Assembly (NCBI GenBank): GCA_003220615.1
Contig: QHTB01000151.1
Location: 67,974-131,973, forward strand
Source: Candidatus Rokuibacteriota bacterium
GTDB lineage: Bacteria; Methylomirabilota; Methylomirabilia; Rokubacteriales; CSP1-6
DNA: 64,000 nucleotides
Reading direction: 5' to 3'
Shown here: positions 8,464-17,524 of the stretch, in pieces
How positions within the stretch are numbered: position 1 is the first letter of the stretch
Layout: each line of letters opens with the position of its first letter
The notes under the pieces: model-generated
Seen by the model: the letters and a program-made list of their open reading frames with translations, nothing else
Database searches by the model: none
Told to the model about the DNA's origin: nothing
Program-made: the position numbers and the translations under genes

Positions 8464-9420
8464 ATGATCGAAGCCGTCGCGGTGATCGGGCCGGGGAGGA
8501 TGGGACGTCAGATCGCGCTGACCTGTGCGCTCGGTGGCTGCCGCGCTCTCCTCGTCGATCTCAAGCCCCGCCCCGACGCGCGGGCCGCGCTCGCCGACGC
8601 TCGTCGCGAGATCGCGCGCGACCTGCGACTCATGGCCGAGGAAGACGTCATCAAGTCGGCCGAGGTCGCGCCGGCCCTCGAGCGCATCGAGGACCGCACC
8701 GATCTCGCCGAGGTCGAGAGCTGCGGCTTCGTCCAGGAGGCGCTGCCGGAGTCCGTGGAGCTCAAGCGCGAGGTCTTCACGCGGCTCACAGGCCGCGTCG
8801 CCGACGATGCGATCGTGGCCTCCACGTCGTCCACGATCTCGCCCAGGCACCTGGCCGACGCCGTCCCGGGGCCCGAGCGGTTCCTCGTCGTGCACTGGTT
8901 GAATCCGGCCCACGTCATCCCGCTGGTCGAGGTCGTGCCCGGAGCGGCCACGTCGGCTGCCGTCGTCGATCGCACGATCACGTTCCTCACGCATCTGGGC
9001 AAGACGCCGGTGCGCTGCGGCGACGCCCCCGGCTTCATCGTGTCGCGTCTCCAGGTGGTCCTCATGAACGAGGCGGTTCGTCTCGTCGAGGAGGGCGTGG
9101 CCACGCCCGAGGAGGTCGATCGAGCGATCCGCGCTGGATTGGGGTTTCGGTACGCCGGCGTCGGCGTGTTCGAGTTCATCGACTGGGGCGGCGTCGACAT
9201 CCTCTACCGGGCGAGCGCGTTCATGGCTCAGGCGACTGGGGACGAGCGCTATCGCACGCCCCGGCTGATCGACGAGAAGATGGCGCGGAACGAGCTCGGC
9301 CCCAAGACCGGCCGGGGGTTCTTCGACTACGCGGGTGAGACGCGGGAGCGCTTCGAGACCGCGAAGGTCCGGCAGCTCCTGCGCCGTCTCAAGCGCGAGC
9401 GCGAGGACGGCACGCCGTGA
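8464..9420 (+). CDS. 3-hydroxyacyl-CoA (3-hydroxybutyryl-CoA) dehydrogenase, NAD-binding
   Basis: ATG at 8464 within ORF 8443..9420 gives MIEAVAVIGPGRMGRQIA (Rossmann GxGxxG). ...HWLNPAHVIPLVEVV.G..T and ...PGFIVSRLQ... are 3HCDH motifs. Confidence 0.85.
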   Translation: MIEAVAVIGPGRMGRQIALTCALGGCRALLVDLKPRPDARAALADARREIARDLRLMAEEDVIKSAEVAPALERIEDRTDLAEVESCGFVQEALPESVELKREVFTRLTGRVADDAIVASTSSTISPRHLADAVPGPERFLVVHWLNPAHVIPLVEVVPGAATSAAVVDRTITFLTHLGKTPVRCGDAPGFIVSRLQVVLMNEAVRLVEEGVATPEEVDRAIRAGLGFRYAGVGVFEFIDWGGVDILYRASAFMAQATGDERYRTPRLIDEKMARNELGPKTGRGFFDYAGETRERFETAKVRQLLRRLKREREDGTP

Positions 9421-9848
9421 GCTATTTCCGGGCGATCGATCCGTTTCCGCTGGAGTCGGCCGAGCACAACCGGCTCCACGAGTTCTATGCGCGGCTCGGT
9501 GCGGGCACGCTCTCGACGACGCGCTGCGGAGGGTGTGGCAGGACGGCGTGGCCGCCGCGGGTCTTCTGTCCCGAGTGCGGGAGCGATGCCTTCACCTGGA
9601 CGGAGCTCTCGGGTGAGGGCGTCGTCCACGGCTTCACGGTTCAGGAGACCGGGCTCCCCGTCGGCTTCGATGGCCCGCGCGTCTTCGCGATCGTCAAGGT
9701 GGATGGGCACCGCGTGTTCTCGATCCTCGTGGCCGCGGATCCTGCGCGTCTCCGGATCGGCCAGCGCGTGCGCTTGACGCCGCTTCGGGTGACCGACGAC
9801 GCCAAGGGCCAGCCGCGCTGGCTGCCCGCGTTCACACCCGACTCATGA
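9417..9848 (+). CDS. Zn-ribbon / OB-fold protein (DUF35 family, thiolase partner)
   Basis: 143 aa. CGGCGRTAWPPRVFCPECGS rubredoxin-like knuckle followed by an OB-fold segment. GTGA overlap with the upstream gene. Confidence 0.8.
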   Translation: MSYFRAIDPFPLESAEHNRLHEFYARLGAGTLSTTRCGGCGRTAWPPRVFCPECGSDAFTWTELSGEGVVHGFTVQETGLPVGFDGPRVFAIVKVDGHRVFSILVAADPARLRIGQRVRLTPLRVTDDAKGQPRWLPAFTPDS

Positions 9849-10348
9849 AGCGCTGGGAGATCGGCGTCATCTCGGACACTCACGGCCTCGTGCGGCCCGA
9901 GGCGCTCGCGGCGCTCCGCGGCGTCGATCGCATCGTTCACGCCGGGGACATCGGCTCCGCCGACGTGCTGGCCCGCCTCGAGACGATCGCGCCGGTGAGC
10001 GCGGTACGCGGAAACAACGATCGCGGCCCGTGGGCGGAGGCCTTGCCGCTCACCGACGTCGTCCTGATCGGCGACGTGAGCCTCTATCTGCTGCACGACC
10101 TTCACGAGCTGGACCTCGAGCCACGGGTGGCCGGTTTCGCGGCGGTGATCAGCGGCCACAGCCACCAGCCCCGGATGGACGAGAAGGACGGTGTGCTCTA
10201 CCTGAATCCGGGCAGCGCCGGACCGCGACGGTTCACACTGCCGATCTCGATCGCGCGTCTCACCGTCAGGGGCGCAAACCTCCGCGCGGAGATCATTCCA
10301 TTGTCGGGACTTGCGACACCCGAACGATCCAACGCCCGTGCCGTGTAA
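9845..10348 (+). CDS. metallophosphoesterase, YfcE/MJ0936-like
   Basis: 167 aa. ISDTHG..., ...VHAGDIG..., GNND, ...ISGHSHQP... metal-ligand motifs in canonical order. Confidence 0.8.
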   Translation: MKRWEIGVISDTHGLVRPEALAALRGVDRIVHAGDIGSADVLARLETIAPVSAVRGNNDRGPWAEALPLTDVVLIGDVSLYLLHDLHELDLEPRVAGFAAVISGHSHQPRMDEKDGVLYLNPGSAGPRRFTLPISIARLTVRGANLRAEIIPLSGLATPERSNARAV

Positions 10349-10729
10349 ATGAAGATCCTCATCGCCAAGCCGGGGCTCGACGGCCACGACCGCGGCGCCA
10401 AGGTCGTGGCCCAGGCGCTGCGCGATGCCGGCGTGGAGGTCGTCTACACCGGGCTCAAGCGCACGCCCGAGGAGATCGTGCAGGAGGCGATTCAGGAGGA
10501 CGTGGACGTCATCGGCCTCAGCATCCTCTCGGGAGCTCACGTGCCCCTCTCGCGACGCGTGCTGGAAGGACTGCGCGCGCAGGGTGCGGACGAGATCAAG
10601 GTGGTCGTGGGCGGGATCATTCCGCCTCGCGACGTCGCGCCGCTGCTGGCCATCGGCGTGAGCCGGGTCTTCCCGATGGGCACGCCGCTTCCCGACGTGG
10701 TGAGGGCGTTCAAGGAGACCAACCGATGA
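10349..10729 (+). CDS. cobalamin-binding subunit of a methylmalonyl-CoA-mutase-family enzyme
   Basis: 126 aa. [32 protein letters not shown] (DxHxxG B12-binding motif) ...GLSILSGAH... Confidence 0.9.
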   Translation: MKILIAKPGLDGHDRGAKVVAQALRDAGVEVVYTGLKRTPEEIVQEAIQEDVDVIGLSILSGAHVPLSRRVLEGLRAQGADEIKVVVGGIIPPRDVAPLLAIGVSRVFPMGTPLPDVVRAFKETNR

Positions 10730-12318
10730 AGGACGTGCGACTGCACGCGGGCATCCCCGTGAAGCCGGTGTACGGGCCGGAAGACGTGAGCGCCGACTTC
10801 GAGCGCGACATCGGCCGGCCCGGCGAGTATCCCTTCACGCGCGGCATCCATCGCCACATGTACCGCGAGCGCGTGTGGACGATGCGCCAGTACATCGGCT
10901 TCGGCACGCCCGAAGAGACGAACGGCCGATTCAAATACTTGATGGCGCATGGACAGGATGCGCTGAACGTCGCCTTCGACCTGCCGACACAACTCGGGCT
11001 CGATTCCGATCACCCGCGCGCGGAGGGTGAAGTCGGGATGGTCGGGATGGCGGTCGACTCGCTGGCCGACATGGAAGACGCGTTCGCCGGCATCCCACTC
11101 GATCGCGTCAGCGTGTCGCTCACCATCAACGGCATGGCGGCCCCCATCACGGCCATGTACTACGCCGTGGCGGAGAAGCAGGGCGCGGCGCCCGATCGCG
11201 TGGTGACCACGCCCCAGAACGACATCCTCAAGGAGTTCGTCGCCCGCGGCACCTGGGTCTATCCGGTGGAGCCCTCGCTGCGCCTCGTCGCCGACCTCAT
11301 CGAGTTCTCGGCCCGGCACTATCCGCGCTCGAACCCGGTCTCGGTGTGCGGCTATCACATCCGCGAGGCCGGCTGCACCACGGCCCAGGAAATGGCCTAC
11401 GGCCTGGCCATCGCCGCCGCCTACGTCGAGCTGATGCAGGCTCGCGGCATGGCAGTCGACGACTTCGCGCCGCGGATCTCTTTCAACTTCACGTGCTGGG
11501 GGAAGATCTTCGAGGAGGTCGGCAAGTTCCGCGCCGGCCGCCGGCTGTACGCGCGGATGATGCGCGAGCGGTTCGGCGCGACCAATCCCAAGTCCTGGAT
11601 GTTCCGGAGCCTCATCGGGGGCGGCGGCTCCGCGTTCACCGTGCAAGAGCCCGAGAACAACATCGTGCGCGGCGCCTACATCGCCCTGGCCGCGGCGCTC
11701 GCGGGAGCCCAGACGATGGCGCTGCCCACGTACGACGAGGCCTACACGATCCCGTCGGCGAAGGCTCAGCTCATCGCGCTCCGCACGATGCAGATCTGCG
11801 CCGAGGAGTCCGGCGCGGCCGACACCGTCGATCCGCTGGCCGGCTCCTACTACCTCGAAGCGCTCACCGACGAGATGGAGAAGAAGATCCGCGAGGAGAT
11901 GGCCCACGTCGAGCGCATGGGCGGCATCGTCGAGGCGGTGAAATCGGGCACCATCCAGGCCGAGGTCGCGCGCCAGGCCTATCTCTTCGAGCAACGCCTG
12001 ACGACGGGCGAGATCGCCAAGGTCGCCGTGAACTGCCACGTCGGCGACAAGGCCGCCGACGCCGATCAGGAGGTCGAGCTGTACCGCTTCGATCCCAAGG
12101 TGGCCGAGGCGCAGGTGACGAAGCTCGCGCGCGTTCGCCGCGAGCGCGATGGCGGCGTGGTGGCCTCGGCGCTTCGCCGGCTGGGCGACGAGGCACGCGG
12201 CTCGACCAATCTCATGCCGGCCATCATGGAGGCCGTCAAGGCGTATGCCACGCTGGGCGAGATCGCCCAGGCGATGAAGAACGTCTTCGGAGAGCACAAG
12301 GAGCCCGTGAAATGGTGA
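10726..12318 (+). CDS. methylmalonyl-CoA-mutase-family catalytic (large) subunit
   Basis: ATG 10726 overlaps the upstream stop (ATGA). ...[57 protein letters not shown]... is the mutase TIM-barrel signature. The upstream extension of ORF 10030..12318 is Arg/Gly-rich noise. Confidence 0.9.
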   Translation: MKDVRLHAGIPVKPVYGPEDVSADFERDIGRPGEYPFTRGIHRHMYRERVWTMRQYIGFGTPEETNGRFKYLMAHGQDALNVAFDLPTQLGLDSDHPRAEGEVGMVGMAVDSLADMEDAFAGIPLDRVSVSLTINGMAAPITAMYYAVAEKQGAAPDRVVTTPQNDILKEFVARGTWVYPVEPSLRLVADLIEFSARHYPRSNPVSVCGYHIREAGCTTAQEMAYGLAIAAAYVELMQARGMAVDDFAPRISFNFTCWGKIFEEVGKFRAGRRLYARMMRERFGATNPKSWMFRSLIGGGGSAFTVQEPENNIVRGAYIALAAALAGAQTMALPTYDEAYTIPSAKAQLIALRTMQICAEESGAADTVDPLAGSYYLEALTDEMEKKIREEMAHVERMGGIVEAVKSGTIQAEVARQAYLFEQRLTTGEIAKVAVNCHVGDKAADADQEVELYRFDPKVAEAQVTKLARVRRERDGGVVASALRRLGDEARGSTNLMPAIMEAVKAYATLGEIAQAMKNVFGEHKEPVKW

Positions 12319-12953
12319 ACGCCGAGCGGTTCGCGAAGGGAATGACGTCCGAGCAGTACGTGCGGTTCGCGGCCACGCCCGAGAACCTCGCTCGCGAAGG
12401 CTCGCGCGGACCGCGCAAGGACTTCAGTGGCTACCTTCGTACGGCCTACGACGCGGCACGGCTGTCGCCGGCCCACGAGGCCGCGTGGACATGGCTCGTG
12501 GCCCAGCCGGGCGGGCCCGCCCGAGTGCTGGCCATCTCGGAGGAGTGGTCATCGGACTGCCGACGCGACATTCCCGTGCTGGCGAAGCTCGCCGACACGG
12601 TCGGCCTCGACCTTCGCATCTTCACGCGCGACGGCAAGACGAACGGCCGCGGCCCGCGGCCGGAGCCGGATTCGCCGAACGCCGACCTGATGGCGCAGTT
12701 CCTGAACGAGCGGGACGGCCAGACCTTCCAGTCGATTCCGGTGATCGTGTTCTACGCGAAGGACTTCGCGCCGCTCTACCGGTACACGGAGTTCCCGGCC
12801 GTCTACCGGAAGGACCGCATCCGGGCCGTGCTCGACGACGCCGGCTTCATGGAGATGCTCGGCTCGCCCTTCTTCGAGGTGTGGCGCTCGGCCGCGCTCG
12901 CCGAGTGGACCAGCCTGCTCTACGAGCGGCTGCGGGTCGGCTCGCTCGCGTGA
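12312..12953 (+). CDS. thioredoxin-fold family protein (single Cys, WSSDC in place of CxxC)
   Basis: ATG 12312 is in the frame of ORF 11346..12953 and overlaps the mutase stop by 7 nt. ...VLAISEEWSSDCRRDIPVLAKLAD...IPVIVFY... is a thioredoxin-like layout. Confidence 0.6.
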   Translation: MVNAERFAKGMTSEQYVRFAATPENLAREGSRGPRKDFSGYLRTAYDAARLSPAHEAAWTWLVAQPGGPARVLAISEEWSSDCRRDIPVLAKLADTVGLDLRIFTRDGKTNGRGPRPEPDSPNADLMAQFLNERDGQTFQSIPVIVFYAKDFAPLYRYTEFPAVYRKDRIRAVLDDAGFMEMLGSPFFEVWRSAALAEWTSLLYERLRVGSLA

Positions 12954-12966
12954 GGCGCCACCGCGC

Positions 12967-15225
12967 GTGAGTGATCTGAGCGTCATCGGCCGGCCGACCC
13001 CGAAGAAGGACGGCGCCGAGAAGGTCACCGGGCGGACGCGCTTCCTCCACGACCTCGAGCTGCCTCGGATGCTCCACGGCCGGATCCTGCGAGCCGCGCT
13101 GCCGCACGCCCGCATCGTTCGCATCGACACGTCGCGCGCGCGCGCCCTGCCCGGCGTCGTCAGCGTCATCACCGGAACCGACGTCGAGCAGCATCCGTTC
13201 GGCTTCGTCAAGGATCATCTCGCGCTCAAGCGCGGCAAGGTCCGCTGCATCCGCGACGAGGTCGCCGCGGTCGCCGCCGAGACGTCCGCCCTCGCCGAGG
13301 AGGCCCTCGCGCTGATCGAGGTCCAGTACGACGAGCTGCCGGCCGTGTTCTCCCCGGCGGCCGCCCTGGCCGCGGGCGCGCCGCTCGTCCACGAGGACGT
13401 GGGGACCAACGTCACGGCGCTCCGCTACCAGTTCACGCACGGCGACGTCGACCGCGCGTGGGCCGACGCGGCCGCCGTCGTCGAGGGTGAGTACACGTTG
13501 AACTTCGTCACGCCCGCCTGTCTCGGAACCATGGTCGCCATCGCGGACTGGGACCCCGAGGGGCGGTTGACGATGTGGAGCGCGACCCAGGTGCCGTTCC
13601 TCTACCAGCGCGATCTCGCCCACGCCCTCGGCGTCAGCGGTGATCGCGTGCGGGTGCTCCAGCCTCCCGTCGGTGGCAACTTCGGGCGGGGCCTCGATCT
13701 CTACCCGATCGACGTCATCGCCGCGCTGCTCGCGCGCCGCGCCCGCCGCCCGGTGAAGATCGAATTCGACCGCGTGGAGGAGTTCGTCGCGTGTCCGACG
13801 CGCGAGCCCTGCAGGATCCGGCTGCGCACGGCGGCGGCGGCCGACGGCCGGCTGCTCGCCCGTGACGCCCACGTCACCGTCGACAACGGCGCGTACGTCT
13901 CCTGGGGCTCGACGACGCCGTACGTGATGCTTGCCACGGTGGCCGGGCTCTATCGCTGTCCCAGCGTGCGGTTCGACACGACGATCGTGTACACGAACAA
14001 TCCCTACTCGGGATCGATGCGCGGCTACGGCAACCTGGAATCGACCTTCGCCGTGGAATGCCAGATGGACGAGCTGGCCGACCGGCTGGGCATGGACCGG
14101 CTCGAACTGCGCCGCCGCAACGCCATCAAGCCCGGCGACGTGAACCCCCAGGGCTTCATCGTCACCTCGTGCGCGATGAGAGAGTGCCTTGATGCGGTCG
14201 GCGACGAGATTCGCCGCGCCGCCCCGCCGCTGGCGCCGGGCTGGAAGCGCGGCGTCGGCTATGCGGGCATGTTCCACGTGGGCGGCGGCGCGCGGATCTA
14301 TCGCTCCGATGGCTGCGGCGCCATCGTCAAGCTCGACGACTTCGGCCGCGTCTCGCTGATCACCGGGGCGAGCGAGATCGGCCAGGGGTCCGAGACGGTG
14401 CTGGCCATGATCGTCGCCGAGACGCTCGGCGTTCCGCTCGAGCGCGTGGACGTCGTGAACTCCGACACCGCGGTGAAGCCGTGGGACGTCGGCGTTCACG
14501 CCAGCCGCACGACCTTCATCGCCGGCAACGCCGCCCGGCTCGCCGCCGAGAAGATCCGCGCCCGCCTCGTCGAGGTCGCGGCCGAGCAGCTCGAGGCGTC
14601 ACCGGGTGAGCTGGCGCTGAAGGACGGCTGGGTGTTCGTCCGCGCCGAGCCGGGCCGGCGGCTCGCCTACGAGCGCGTGGTCCGCGCCGGCCACCTGCGC
14701 GAGCGCGGCGTGAGCTTCGTGGCCGAGGCGTTCTACGACCCGCCCACCGAGATGCTCGACAAGGACCTCCGCGGCAACGTGTCCGCCACCTACGGCTTCG
14801 CCGCCCAGGCGGTGATGCTCGACGTGGACGTCGCCACCGGGCAGGTCCACGTGCGCCGCGTCATCTCGGCCCACGACGTCGGCCGCGCGCTGAACCCGCT
14901 GGCCGCCGAGGGCCAAATCCACGGCGGCATCCACATGGGCCTGGGCTACGCGCTGTCGGAGCGGCTCGTCGTCGAGGACGGCCAGATCTTTACGTCCTCG
15001 TTCATGGATTATGCGATCCTTCGCGCCGACGACATGCCCGACATCACCGTCCGTTTCATCGAGAGCGTCGATGCCGAGGGCCCGTTCGGGGCCAAGGGGC
15101 TGGGCGAGTCCGGCGTCATTCCGGTCTCGGCCGCGGTGGCCAACGCCTTGAAGGACGCGCTCGGTGTGGCCTTCACCGAGCTGCCCATCACGCCGGCGCG
15201 CATCCACGCGGCGGTGTCGCGGTGA
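12967..15225 (+). CDS. xanthine dehydrogenase / aldehyde oxidase family molybdopterin-binding (large) subunit
   Basis: 752 aa. N-terminus ...GRPTPKKDGAEKVTGRTRFLHDLELPRMLHGRILRA..PHARIVRIDTS.A...PGV; ...GGNFG...; C-terminus ...GPFGAKGLGESGVIPV.AAVANAL... Confidence 0.85.
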   Translation: MSDLSVIGRPTPKKDGAEKVTGRTRFLHDLELPRMLHGRILRAALPHARIVRIDTSRARALPGVVSVITGTDVEQHPFGFVKDHLALKRGKVRCIRDEVAAVAAETSALAEEALALIEVQYDELPAVFSPAAALAAGAPLVHEDVGTNVTALRYQFTHGDVDRAWADAAAVVEGEYTLNFVTPACLGTMVAIADWDPEGRLTMWSATQVPFLYQRDLAHALGVSGDRVRVLQPPVGGNFGRGLDLYPIDVIAALLARRARRPVKIEFDRVEEFVACPTREPCRIRLRTAAAADGRLLARDAHVTVDNGAYVSWGSTTPYVMLATVAGLYRCPSVRFDTTIVYTNNPYSGSMRGYGNLESTFAVECQMDELADRLGMDRLELRRRNAIKPGDVNPQGFIVTSCAMRECLDAVGDEIRRAAPPLAPGWKRGVGYAGMFHVGGGARIYRSDGCGAIVKLDDFGRVSLITGASEIGQGSETVLAMIVAETLGVPLERVDVVNSDTAVKPWDVGVHASRTTFIAGNAARLAAEKIRARLVEVAAEQLEASPGELALKDGWVFVRAEPGRRLAYERVVRAGHLRERGVSFVAEAFYDPPTEMLDKDLRGNVSATYGFAAQAVMLDVDVATGQVHVRRVISAHDVGRALNPLAAEGQIHGGIHMGLGYALSERLVVEDGQIFTSSFMDYAILRADDMPDITVRFIESVDAEGPFGAKGLGESGVIPVSAAVANALKDALGVAFTELPITPARIHAAVSR

Positions 15226-16418
15226 TGAAGCTGCTCGAGGGCCTGCGCGTGCTCGATCTCTCCCGGATGCTGGCCGGGCCCTACGGCTCGATGCTCCTGG
15301 CCGACATGGGCGCCGAGGTGATCAAGGTCGAGGAGCCCGACGGCGGCGATCCGATGCGGGTCATGGGCCCGCCGTTCCTGCCCGATGGCGAGAGCGCGTA
15401 CTTCCTCTCGATCAACCGCAACAAGAAGTCGATGGCGCTCGACCTGACCACGCCGGCCGGCCGCGACGTCTTCCTCGACCTGGCGCGCGTGGCCGACGTG
15501 GTGTGGGAGAACTTTCGCCCGGGGGTCCTGACGCGGCTCGGCTGCGATTACGCCGCGCTCTCACGCGTGAACGGGCGCCTCGTCCTGTGCTCGATCTCGG
15601 CGTACGGCCAGCAGGGGCCCTACCGTGACTGGCCGGCGTTCGACCTGGCCCTGCAGGCCATGGGTGGCGCGATGAGCGTGACGGGCGAGCCCGGCGGCCG
15701 GCCCGTCCGCATGGGCCTGCCGATGGGCGATCTCGCCGGCGGGATGTTCGGCGCGTTCGCGGTCGTGGCCGCGCTGCTCCGCCGGCAGACCGCGGGGCAG
15801 GGAACGCACGTGGACCTGTCGCTGCTCGACTGTCAGGTCTCGTTGCTCACCTACATGGCGCAGTACTACTGGGCCGACGGTCGCGTGCCGGGGCCGCAGG
15901 GATCGGGGCACGCGTCGGTCGTCCCCTACCAGGCACTCGCGAGCCGCGATGGTCACCTGATCGTCGCCGTCTTCGCCGAGAAGTTCTGGCGCGGTTTCTG
16001 CGTGGCCAGCGGCCATCCCGAGTGGGAGCACGATCCTCGCTTCGCCACCAACCGCGACCGCGTGGCCAACCGACCGGCGCTCATGGCGCTCGTGGGCGAC
16101 GTGATGAAGACCCGCACCACGGACGAGTGGCTGTCGCGCATGCAAGCCGAAGGGGTGCCGGCGGCGCCGATTCTCGGTGTGGACCGCGTGCTCGAAGATC
16201 CACAGGTGAAGCATCGTCAGATGGTCGTGGAGATGAAGCATCCGCGTCACGGCGCCACGCCGACGCTCGGCACGCCGATCAAGTGCGACGGCGAGATGGG
16301 GCTGGACGTGACACCTCCACCTCGGCTCGGCGAGCACACCGACGCGCTGCTCCGCGGATTGCTGGACTACGACACCGGGCGCATCGACGCGCTTCGTCAG
16401 GCAGGGGTGATCAAATGA
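15222..16418 (+). CDS. family III CoA-transferase (CaiB/BaiF)
   Basis: 398 aa. LEGLRVLDLSRMLAGPYGSMLLADMGAEVIKVE.PDGGDP.R and ...NRNKKS..LDL... are family signatures. Confidence 0.9.
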   Translation: MMKLLEGLRVLDLSRMLAGPYGSMLLADMGAEVIKVEEPDGGDPMRVMGPPFLPDGESAYFLSINRNKKSMALDLTTPAGRDVFLDLARVADVVWENFRPGVLTRLGCDYAALSRVNGRLVLCSISAYGQQGPYRDWPAFDLALQAMGGAMSVTGEPGGRPVRMGLPMGDLAGGMFGAFAVVAALLRRQTAGQGTHVDLSLLDCQVSLLTYMAQYYWADGRVPGPQGSGHASVVPYQALASRDGHLIVAVFAEKFWRGFCVASGHPEWEHDPRFATNRDRVANRPALMALVGDVMKTRTTDEWLSRMQAEGVPAAPILGVDRVLEDPQVKHRQMVVEMKHPRHGATPTLGTPIKCDGEMGLDVTPPPRLGEHTDALLRGLLDYDTGRIDALRQAGVIK

Positions 16419-17524
16419 AGATCGCAGTCCTCGGCGGCGGCAACGGCGGTCACGCCGTGGCCGCCGACCTCGCGCTCGCGGGACACACCGTGCGTTTGTG
16501 GCGGCGCGATGCCGCGTCGCTGGAGCCGGTGCGTCAGGCCGGCGGCGTCACGTTGGTGGCCGAGGGGACGTCGGCCAAGGCCGTGCTCGCTTCGGTCACC
16601 GCGGATCTCGTCGAAGCGGTGACCGGCGCCGACGTGATCGTCGTCGCGACGCCGGCGACGGCTCATGAAGATATCGCCCGCCGCCTCGGCGCTCATCTGA
16701 CCGAGCGTCAGGTCGTGCTCCTGACTCCGGGAACGTTCGGCGCGTACGTGATGGCGCGCGAGATCGCGCGCGCCGGAGCCCGGATGCCGCTCGCCTTCGC
16801 CGAGACGGGAACGCTCCCCTACCTGGCGAGGGTCACGGGGCCATCCGAGGTCAAGGCGCCCGTGCGCGCGGCGAACCTCCCGACCGGCGTGTTTCCCGCG
16901 GCGCGGTCGAAAGACGTGCTCACGACGGTCCGCCAGCTCTACCCGGTCGTGCGCCCGTGCGCCGACGTTCTCGACGCCGCCCTCACCAACGCCGGGCCCG
17001 TCATCCACCCGCCGCTGGTCCTCCTCAACGCGGCCGCCATCGACCGCGGCCGCCTCGACATTCACGCGGGAGGGACGACGGTGAGCGCGCAGCGACTCAT
17101 CGATGCGGTCGACGCCGAGCGGCTGGCCGCGCGCGCAGGCTGGGGCTACCCGGCGCCGCACTACGAGCTGGCCACGTATTACGACGAGCGTCGCGCGGCG
17201 GAAGGACTGTACGGCGCCGGCGCGCGGGCCAAGCTCGAGGCCAGCGGTTTGTGGAACGAGACGCTGACGCTCGAGCACCGCTACGTCACCGAGGACGCGG
17301 CGCTCGGGCTCTCGCTGCTCGAGTCGGCGGCGCGCACGGTGACCCTCGACTCTCCCGCGATCAGCGGTCTCCTGCTCGTGTTCGGCACGCTGATCGGCCG
17401 TCGCCTGAGCGGGCAGGGCCGCGACCTCGCTCATCTCGGCCTGGGCGATCTGGTCCTCCGCGAGGTACGGGAGCTGCTCCACGACGGCTGGACCTCTCAC
17501 CTGTGGCGTCGCGCGATCAAGTGA
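16415..17524 (+). CDS. NAD/NADP octopine/nopaline dehydrogenase family protein
   Basis: ATGA-coupled start. MKIAVLGGGNGGHAVAADLALAGH.V.LW Rossmann N-terminus. ...ETGTLPYLARV... and ...NAGPVIHPPLVLLN... fit opine-dehydrogenase-like proteins. Confidence 0.7.
   Translation: MKIAVLGGGNGGHAVAADLALAGHTVRLWRRDAASLEPVRQAGGVTLVAEGTSAKAVLASVTADLVEAVTGADVIVVATPATAHEDIARRLGAHLTERQVVLLTPGTFGAYVMAREIARAGARMPLAFAETGTLPYLARVTGPSEVKAPVRAANLPTGVFPAARSKDVLTTVRQLYPVVRPCADVLDAALTNAGPVIHPPLVLLNAAAIDRGRLDIHAGGTTVSAQRLIDAVDAERLAARAGWGYPAPHYELATYYDERRAAEGLYGAGARAKLEASGLWNETLTLEHRYVTEDAALGLSLLESAARTVTLDSPAISGLLLVFGTLIGRRLSGQGRDLAHLGLGDLVLREVRELLHDGWTSHLWRRAIK

Noticed and set aside
6991-8994. Very long antisense or off-frame ORFs throughout the track. 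Examples: 6991..8994(-) 667 aa, 18884..21094(-) 736 aa, 46262..48301(-) 679 aa, 1730..3649(-) 639 aa, 12847..14499(-) 550 aa.
   Set aside because: Their translations are Arg/Gly/Ala/Pro/Asp-rich and low in complexity, with no family motifs. Each lies opposite or out of frame with a gene that has clear family signatures. Stop-poor alternative frames are expected in very GC-rich DNA.
10030-10725. N-terminal extensions of track ORFs, taken as candidate fused or longer proteins. Examples: 10030..12318, 11346..12953, 16022..17524, 16957..18108, 17870..19909, 20848..21939, 31229..33211, 47887..49419, 54341..55516, 59693..61702.
   Set aside because: In every case the upstream part overlaps the preceding well-supported gene in another frame and translates to Arg/Gly/Pro-rich noise. 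The family sequence begins at an internal start codon that overlaps or abuts the upstream stop.
12947-12968. CGCGTGAG repeated 14 nt apart at the thioredoxin-like/Mo-subunit junction, and GCGATGA repeated 11 nt apart at the hyuB/ACAD junction (5417-5434), considered as further junction duplications.
   Set aside because: Only 7-8 nt are shared, and these strings are the generic 'Arg/Ala codon plus (A/G)TGA' coupling context seen at many junctions. There is not enough evidence to call them duplications.
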